From Candidatus Methylomirabilia bacterium (GTDB lineage Bacteria > Methylomirabilota > Methylomirabilia > Rokubacteriales > CSP1-6), in contig JBGQHJ010000024.1 in assembly GCA_041497895.1 (NCBI GenBank), positions 1 through 42,134 on the forward strand: a stretch of DNA of 42,134 nucleotides, in the 5' to 3' direction. Below, one piece after another: positions 36,051-42,134 of this stretch; the stretch's first letter is position 1, and each line of letters starts with the position of its first letter. The notes beneath the pieces were generated by a model that was not told the DNA's origin, made no database searches, and saw only the letters and a program-made list of their open reading frames with translations. Position numbers and translations under genes: made by a program.

Positions 36051-36911
36051 TTACTTCGGGACGACCTGCAGGAGCATGAAGCTGCGCACCTGGGGGCTCA
36101 TCGGATACGGCAGCTCGCCCTTGGGCCCGAACCACTTCTCGTAGATCTCGAAGAACTTGCCGGACTCGATGCCTTCCATCAGGCCCGCGTTGACCACGTT
36201 GCGGAAGTCGGACTCCCCCTTCCGCATGGCCATGCCGTAGGGCTCGTAGGAGTAGAAGTCGCCCACGATGTCCCACAGGGCCGGGTTCGGGGACTTGGCC
36301 TTGAGGCCGGCGAGCTGGATGCCGTCGTTGGTGTAGGCGTCCACCTGGCCCTGCACCAGCGCCTGGAAGGCGGCGGGCTGGTCCGGGAACTCGCGCAGGA
36401 CGGCCTTGGGCGCCTTCTCGCGGATGATCCGCGCGTTGGTCGAGCCCTGCTGGGCCGCGATGCGCTTGCCGTCGATGTTCTTGATGCCCTTGATGGGGCT
36501 GCCCTTCTTCACCAGGAACTGGGCGCCGGTCACGAAGTAGGTCAGCGTGAAGTCCACGCTGTCGCGCCGGGTCCGGGTGTCGGTCATGGTCTCGGCGACC
36601 AGGTCGACCGCCCCCGAGGAGAGCAGCGGGATCCGGGTCGGCGGGGTGCTCTCCTTCTTCTCGACCTTGATCGGCTTGCCGAGCTTCTTCTCGAGCGCGG
36701 GCTTGATCAGCTCGTCGACCAGGTCGATCGAGAAGCCGACCCACTCGTTCTTGGCGTTGACGTAGCCGAACGGCGGCGACCCGGTGCGGGTGCCGATGGT
36801 CAGCGTCCCGGTCTCGCCGATCTTGTCGAGCGTGCTCTTCTGCTGGGCCAGCGCCGGGGTCACCCCGGCGAGCAGCGCCAGCGCCATCACCAACCCCATC
36901 CATCGCCTCAT
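36051..36911 (-). CDS. Polar amino acid ABC substrate-binding protein (GltI-like, SBP_bac_3)
   Basis: ATG 36911 is 6 nt after AAGGAGG; signal peptide. Contains SPPFGY, GFSIDL, RIPLL, GSTN, EPYG and YEKWFG. Confidence 0.9.
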   Translation of the reverse strand: MRRWMGLVMALALLAGVTPALAQQKSTLDKIGETGTLTIGTRTGSPPFGYVNAKNEWVGFSIDLVDELIKPALEKKLGKPIKVEKKESTPPTRIPLLSSGAVDLVAETMTDTRTRRDSVDFTLTYFVTGAQFLVKKGSPIKGIKNIDGKRIAAQQGSTNARIIREKAPKAVLREFPDQPAAFQALVQGQVDAYTNDGIQLAGLKAKSPNPALWDIVGDFYSYEPYGMAMRKGESDFRNVVNAGLMEGIESGKFFEIYEKWFGPKGELPYPMSPQVRSFMLLQVVPK

Positions 36912-36933
36912 GCACATCCTCCTTGGTGAGTTC

Positions 36934-37671
36934 TCAGTGGGACAGGATCTTGGACAGGAATTCCTTCGCGCGGTCCGACTGCGCCGCCGCGAAGAACGCC
37001 TCCGGCTTCTGCACCTCCACGATCTTGCCGTAGTCCATGAAGACCACGCGGCTCGCCACCCGACGGGCGAAGCCCATCTCGTGGGTCACCACCATCATGG
37101 TCATGCCCTCCTTGGCCAGATCGGTCATGACGTCCAGCACCTCGTTGATCATCTCCGGGTCGAGCGCCGAGGTGGGCTCGTCGAACAGCATGATGCGCGG
37201 CTGCATGGCCAGCGCGCGGGCGATGGCGACCCGCTGCTGCTGGCCGCCCGAGAGGTTCGCGGGGTAGTAGTCGGCGCGGTCCGGGATGCGCACCCGGTCG
37301 AGCAGGGTGCGGGCGATCTTCTCCGCCTCCGCGGTCCCCAGCCCCTTCACCTTCCGGGGCGCCAGCATGATGTTCTGGAGCACCGTCATGTGGGGGAAGA
37401 GGTTGAAGGACTGGAAGACCATCCCCACCTCGGTGCGGAGCTTGACCAGGTCGACCCCGTCGCCGGTGATGCTCTGGCCGTGCACCGAGATCTCGCCCTG
37501 CTGGACCGGCTCCAGCCGGTTCACGCAGCGGATCAGCGTGCTCTTGCCCGAGCCCGAGGGCCCGCACACCACGATGACCTCGCCCGCGTCCACCTGGAGG
37601 TCGACGTCGGTCAGCACGTGGTGCTGACCGAACCACTTGTTGACGCCCTTGAATTCGATGGCGACGGCCAT
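36934..37671 (-). CDS. Polar amino acid ABC ATP-binding protein (GltL/GlnQ-like)
   Basis: GPSGSGKST, VFQSFNLFPH, LSGGQQQRVAIAR, FDEPTSALDPE and VTHEMGFA. Confidence 0.94.
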   Translation of the reverse strand: MAVAIEFKGVNKWFGQHHVLTDVDLQVDAGEVIVVCGPSGSGKSTLIRCVNRLEPVQQGEISVHGQSITGDGVDLVKLRTEVGMVFQSFNLFPHMTVLQNIMLAPRKVKGLGTAEAEKIARTLLDRVRIPDRADYYPANLSGGQQQRVAIARALAMQPRIMLFDEPTSALDPEMINEVLDVMTDLAKEGMTMMVVTHEMGFARRVASRVVFMDYGKIVEVQKPEAFFAAAQSDRAKEFLSKILSH

Positions 37672-37674
37672 GGC

Positions 37675-38172
37675 CTACTCGATCACCACGAGCACGTCGC
37701 CGGGGTTGACGGTCTGGCCGGCCTGGGCGCGGATCTCCTTCACCGTGCCCGTCACCTGGGCCTTGAACTCGTTCTCCATCTTCATCGCCTCCAGGACGAT
37801 CAGGCCGTCGCCGGGCACCACCGCCTGCCCGACCGTGACCTCCACCACCGTGACCTTGCCCGGCATCGGCGCCTTGAGCACCTGGCCGCGCTCGCCGCCG
37901 GTCGCCCCGCGGGTCCGGATGAGGTAGCGCGACTCCTCCTCGACCCGGATCGTGTAGCGCTCGCCGTCCACGTCCACCGCGTAGCCCGCGTCCTGCTCGG
38001 TCACGTCGGCCACGTGAGAGGCGCCGTCGAGCAGGATGGACCAGATGCCCTCCACGGTCTGCCGGGCGTCGACCGCGACCGTCGCGCCCTCGATCGTGAT
38101 GGTGTACCGGCCCGCCTCGCCCGTCACCTCGATGGGGACGACCACGCCGGCGTGCTGGGCCTCGAACTTCAC
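37675..38172 (-). CDS. Biotin carboxyl carrier protein with N-terminal beta-rich extension
   Basis: GTG 38172 overlaps the biotin carboxylase stop. Contains APMPG and the biotinylation motif EAMKMEN. Confidence 0.9.
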   Translation of the reverse strand: MKFEAQHAGVVVPIEVTGEAGRYTITIEGATVAVDARQTVEGIWSILLDGASHVADVTEQDAGYAVDVDGERYTIRVEEESRYLIRTRGATGGERGQVLKAPMPGKVTVVEVTVGQAVVPGDGLIVLEAMKMENEFKAQVTGTVKEIRAQAGQTVNPGDVLVVIE

Positions 38173-39674
38173 CGCTCCCTCCAGCCCGGCCGCAGCGCCT
38201 GGCGCCACCTGCTCGACGCAGGCGGCGTCGCCGGCGGCGCCTGGCGGCCGGCGCGGTCGTAGGCGGTGAGCGCGGCCGCGATCAGCGCCACCTTCCGGTG
38301 CCGGCCGGCCCCCTCCGGCCGGTCCGAGGCGAGCAGGCGCTCCATGAAGGCGGTGGAGAGGCGCCCGGCCACGAAGTCCGGGTGCGCGACGATACGCTGG
38401 AGGATCGGGATGGTGGTCTGCACGCCGACCACCTGGTACTCGGCGAGCGCGCGCCGCATGCGCGCGATGGCCGCGTCGCGGTCCGGCCCCCACACGATCA
38501 GCTTGGCCATCAGCGTGTCGTAGTAGCGCGGGATGGTGCAGCCCGCGTAGACCCCGGTGTCGTCGCGCACCCACGGGCCGCCCGGGGCGCGCAGCCCCGA
38601 CACCCGCCCGGGCGACGGGATGAACGAGGCGAACGGGTCCTCCGCGTTGATGCGGCACTCGATGGCCCAGCCGTTTGCGACGACTTCGTCCTGGTCGAAG
38701 CCGAGCTTGTCGCCCGCCGCGATGCGGAGCTGGTCCTTCACCAGGTCGCGCCCGGTGGTGAGCTCGGTGACCGGGTGCTCCACCTGCAGGCGCGTGTTCA
38801 TCTCGAGGAAGTAGAAGTTCCGGTCGCGGTCGACCAGGAACTCGACGGTGCCCGCGTTGACGTAGCCCACCGCGGCGGCCACCCGGCAGGCGGCCTCGCC
38901 CATGCGCCGGCGCATCTCCGGCGTCACGAACGGCGACGGGCTCTCCTCGACCAGCTTCTGGTGGCGCCGCTGGATCGAGCACTCGCGCTCGCCCAGGTGC
39001 ACCACGCCGCCGTGGGCGTCGGCCAGGACCTGGATCTCGATGTGGCGCGGCTCCTCGACGTAGCGCTCGATGTAGACCGCGGCGTCGCCGAAGGCGGCCC
39101 TCGCCTCGGCGCGCGCGGCCCGCAGCGCGGAGACGAGGTCGCCCGGCGCGCGCACCAGGCGCATGCCCTTGCCGCCGCCGCCCATCGCCGCCTTGATCAT
39201 GACCGGATAGCCCACCTGCGTGGCCACCCGCGCCGCCTCCGCGTCGTCGCTCACGGGCTGCTCGGTGCCCGGCACCACCGGCACGCCCATCTGGATCGCC
39301 ACCCGACGCGCCGCCATCTTGTCGCCCATGGCGCGGATGGCCGCGGGCGGCGGCCCGATGAACGTGAGCCCGGCCGCCTGGCAGGCGGTGGCGAAGGCCG
39401 CGTTCTCGGCGAGGAAGCCGTAGCCCGGGTGCACCGCCTCGGCGCCGGTGGCGCGGGCGGCCGCGATCAGGCGGTCGATGACGAGGTAGCTCTCGGTGGC
39501 GGGCGCGGGCCCGATCGGCACCGCCTCGTCGGCCGCGAGGACGTGGAGCGACTCCCGGTCGACCTCGGAGAACACCGCGACGGTGGCGATACCCAGCTCG
39601 CGGCAGGCTCGCATGACCCGGACCGCGATCTCGCCGCGATTGGCGATGAGGATCTTCTTGAAGGGGGCACTCAC
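38169..39674 (-). CDS. accC: Biotin carboxylase subunit of an acyl-CoA carboxylase
   Basis: [40 protein letters not shown] and [11 protein letters not shown]. Start placed at GTG 39674. Confidence 0.93.
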   Translation of the reverse strand: MSAPFKKILIANRGEIAVRVMRACRELGIATVAVFSEVDRESLHVLAADEAVPIGPAPATESYLVIDRLIAAARATGAEAVHPGYGFLAENAAFATACQAAGLTFIGPPPAAIRAMGDKMAARRVAIQMGVPVVPGTEQPVSDDAEAARVATQVGYPVMIKAAMGGGGKGMRLVRAPGDLVSALRAARAEARAAFGDAAVYIERYVEEPRHIEIQVLADAHGGVVHLGERECSIQRRHQKLVEESPSPFVTPEMRRRMGEAACRVAAAVGYVNAGTVEFLVDRDRNFYFLEMNTRLQVEHPVTELTTGRDLVKDQLRIAAGDKLGFDQDEVVANGWAIECRINAEDPFASFIPSPGRVSGLRAPGGPWVRDDTGVYAGCTIPRYYDTLMAKLIVWGPDRDAAIARMRRALAEYQVVGVQTTIPILQRIVAHPDFVAGRLSTAFMERLLASDRPEGAGRHRKVALIAAALTAYDRAGRQAPPATPPASSRWRQALRPGWRER

Positions 39675-39683
39675 GACGCCCGG

Positions 39684-39703
39684 ATCATAGCAGGAGTGGC
39701 GCC
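39684..39703 (-). promoter_or_regulatory. Extended -10 promoter, 18/20 identical to 25444-25463
   Basis: GGCGCCACTCCTGCTATGAT (TGn-TATGAT), 9 nt upstream of the accC GTG. Confidence 0.55.
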
Positions 39704-39742
39704 TGAGGAGCAACGCTCAAACCCGCGCCCCGCCTGACCAAT

Positions 39743-40783
39743 CTAGCGATCGAGCCCCCGCACCGCCTCCTCCACGAAGGAGGTGTCGACCACGGCCTTG
39801 AGCGGCAGTGTCTTCTTCATGAACCCGTTGGCCGCCCACCAGCTCATCTGCCGCTCGATGTCGGGGACCAGCAGCCGCCCGTTGCGGTCCTGGAACGGGA
39901 ACCCGAGCTTGATGATCTCCGGCCGGGCCCCGGTGTACTTCGCGGTGATCTCGACGACCTCGTCGTAGTTGGCCCCGTGCGCCGCGTGGCCGTCCTTCTG
40001 CACCAGCGCGGCATCGAAGTAGTACCGCGAGGCCTTCACGTAGCCCTTCATGAACGCCACCGCGCGCGCCCGGTCGGTGGCGAGCTTGTCCGAGTAGAAG
40101 ACGGTGGCGATCTGCCAGGGATAGAGGTCTCCCGCCCACGCCAGGATCTTGCCGAAGCCTTGCGCCTCGGCCGCGCCGGGGAAGGGCTGCGGCACCAGGA
40201 TCGCGTCGACCTGCTTGCCCTTGAGCGCCTCGACGGTGGCCGGCATGGCCTGGAGCGGGACGATCTTGACGTCCGACAGGTGGAGCCCCTCCTTCTCGAG
40301 GATGTTGCCGATGTGGTAGTGGAACGTGGAGCCGAGCTGGGTGACGCCGATGCGCTTGCCCTTGAGGTCCTTGATCGAGCGGAGCCCGCCGTCCCACGCC
40401 TCCTTCTGCACCACGATGGCCACCAGCGGGTAGCCCGGCCACTCCCGGCCCTTGTCGGCCACGATCCAGAGCTTCTCGCCTCCCAGCACGATGTTGTAGA
40501 ACGCCGCGGTGAGCCCGGTGGCCCCCACGTCGAGCTGGCCCGCCGCGAGCGCGGTGGCGATGGGCGCGGCGGCCTGGAAGTAGACCAGCTCCGGCTCCAC
40601 GCCGAACTCCTTGAAGAAGCCCTTCTCGACGCCCACGAAGATCGGCGCCGAGGAGGTGAGCTTGAGCACGCCGACCTTCACCGCAACCGGCTTGGGCTGG
40701 GCGCCCACCGCGGGCGCGGCGGCGAAGCCGGCCGCGACCGCCAGGGCCAGCAGGGCAAGTCCACGAAAACGGGTCGGTGACAT
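39743..40783 (-). CDS. NitT/TauT (TauA/SsuA/NMT1-like) ABC substrate-binding protein
   Basis: ATG 40783 with AGGAGG RBS; signal peptide. Contains EKGFFKEFG, ALAAGQLD and DLKGKRIGVTQLGS. Confidence 0.88.
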   Translation of the reverse strand: MSPTRFRGLALLALAVAAGFAAAPAVGAQPKPVAVKVGVLKLTSSAPIFVGVEKGFFKEFGVEPELVYFQAAAPIATALAAGQLDVGATGLTAAFYNIVLGGEKLWIVADKGREWPGYPLVAIVVQKEAWDGGLRSIKDLKGKRIGVTQLGSTFHYHIGNILEKEGLHLSDVKIVPLQAMPATVEALKGKQVDAILVPQPFPGAAEAQGFGKILAWAGDLYPWQIATVFYSDKLATDRARAVAFMKGYVKASRYYFDAALVQKDGHAAHGANYDEVVEITAKYTGARPEIIKLGFPFQDRNGRLLVPDIERQMSWWAANGFMKKTLPLKAVVDTSFVEEAVRGLDR

Positions 40784-40803
40784 GCGCAGCGTCCTCCTAT
40801 CGA

Positions 40804-41601
40804 TCAGGTGTGCCGCCAGCGGATCACCGCGCGCTCGAGCGCGCCGATGGCCCAGTACGAGGCCACCCCGAGCAGCGAGAGCACGACGATGCCCACCATC
40901 AACCGGGTGGTCTCCATCAGGTTGCCGGACTGCAAGATCAGGAAACCGATGCCGGCGTCGGCGGCGATCTGCTCCGCCGCCACCAGCAGCAGCAGCGCGG
41001 TGCCCGCCCCGAGCTTGAGGCCCGCGAAGACCATCGGCAGGGCCGAGGGCAGGACCACCTTCCGGATGACGCTCCAGCGCCCCGCGCCGAATGAGACGGC
41101 CGCGCGGATCAGCAGCGGGTCGGCCTGGCGCACGCCCGCGTAGGTGTTGATGGCCATCGGGAAGAACACGCCGAGCGCCACCACCGCGATCTTGGAGGCC
41201 TCGCCGATGCCGAGCCAGAGGATGAGCAGCGGCAGCAGGGCGATCTTGGGGATCGGGAAGGTCGCGGCGATGACCGGCTGCACCACCGCGTCGGCCAGCG
41301 CGAAGAAGCCGACCGCCACGCCCACGCCGACGCCGGCCACTGCCCCGACCCCGAAGCCCCAGGCCAGGCGCTCGAGGCTGGTGGTCAGGTGGACGAGGAG
41401 CTGGCCCGAGCGCGCCATGTCGAGCCCCTCCGCCAGCACGCCGGACGGCGCGGGCAGGAAGAGCGAGGAGACCCAGCCGGTGCGCGTGAGCAGCTCCCAC
41501 AGGACCACCAGCCCGAGCAGGGCGAGCACGCGCGCCGCCCGGTAATCCGGGCGGCGCAGGAACGCGGTGCGATCGGCGACGACCAGGCGCTCGACCGCCA
41601 T
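40804..41601 (-). CDS. NitT/TauT (TauC/SsuC-like) ABC permease
   Basis: PIPKIALLPL, LWLGIGE, VLPSALP, VAAEQI and GIGFLI. Confidence 0.92.
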   Translation of the reverse strand: MAVERLVVADRTAFLRRPDYRAARVLALLGLVVLWELLTRTGWVSSLFLPAPSGVLAEGLDMARSGQLLVHLTTSLERLAWGFGVGAVAGVGVGVAVGFFALADAVVQPVIAATFPIPKIALLPLLILWLGIGEASKIAVVALGVFFPMAINTYAGVRQADPLLIRAAVSFGAGRWSVIRKVVLPSALPMVFAGLKLGAGTALLLLVAAEQIAADAGIGFLILQSGNLMETTRLMVGIVVLSLLGVASYWAIGALERAVIRWRHT

Positions 41602-42134
41602 CAGCCTTCCCGCTCCGCCACCGTCTGGTCGTCGAGCAGGGCGGCCTGGGCCTGCGACTTGATCAGCCCCCAGATGCGGTCCGCGGTCTGCACGAAGACC
41701 GGGTCGGCCTGCTGGCTCTCTCGCCGCGGGCGCGGGAGCTTGATCGGCACCACGTCCAGCACCTCGCCCGGGCGCCGCGACAGCACGATCACCCGGTCGG
41801 CCATGAACACCGCCTCCTGGATGTTGTGCGTGACGTAGAGGATGGTCTGCCGCGTGCGCTCCCAGATGCCGAGCAGCTCGTCCATCATCAGCGTGCGGGT
41901 CTGCGCGTCGAGGGCCGAGAAGGGCTCGTCCAGCAGCAGCACCGCCGGCTCCACCGCCAGCGCCCGCGCGATGCCGACCCGCTGGCGCATGCCGCCCGAG
42001 AGCTGGTGCGGGTACTTGCCCTCGAACCCGGCGAGCCCGGTCATATCGAGGTAGCGGCGGCTCCGCTCCGCGCGCTCGGGCCCCCGGATCCCCAGCTCCT
42101 CGAGCCCGAACTCCACGTTGGCCTTCACGGTGCG
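41601..42134 (-). CDS. NitT/TauT (TauB/SsuB-like) ABC ATP-binding protein (5' end outside the window)
   Basis: YPHQLSGGMRQRVGIAR, LLDEPFSALDAQTR and VTHNIQEA. Confidence 0.92.
   Translation of the reverse strand, partial: RTVKANVEFGLEELGIRGPERAERSRRYLDMTGLAGFEGKYPHQLSGGMRQRVGIARALAVEPAVLLLDEPFSALDAQTRTLMMDELLGIWERTRQTILYVTHNIQEAVFMADRVIVLSRRPGEVLDVVPIKLPRPRRESQQADPVFVQTADRIWGLIKSQAQAALLDDQTVAEREG

Overview
Very GC-rich (about 70% or more by eye, not computed), gene-dense bacterial chromosomal window with about 43 CDS, nearly all metabolic. I see no rRNA, tRNA, CRISPR-cas, integrase or transposase. Bases 1-17.5 kb form a divergon. Leftward: a Liv-type ABC importer, a CoxLMS/xanthine-dehydrogenase-family molybdoenzyme and a Pot-type ABC importer. 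Rightward: a GntR regulator, 2OG-Fe(II) dioxygenase, divergent cysteine-synthase-fold PLP enzyme, two-subunit CoA transferase, LLM oxidoreductase and an orphan PxpA/LamB. This looks like a catabolic system for an unknown N-containing substrate (inference). Next come a sigma54-type promoter with small orphan ORFs, a coupled rhaEW-like/LLM/FNR-like/VOC/ThDP/GT4 operon, a decayed FGE-domain fragment, an acyl-CoA ligase and a YjgN-M48 pair. The right end holds a pimCD-like acyl-CoA dehydrogenase pair, LLM/DinB/hydrolase genes, a polar amino acid ABC system, biotin carboxylase plus carrier, and a TauABC-type ABC system. Four distinct palindromic intergenic repeat types sit in intra-operon spacers, and one has expanded into a 5 x 42-bp tandem array. 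The gene content and repeat style suggest Candidatus Rokubacteria (Methylomirabilota), but the sequence alone cannot confirm this.
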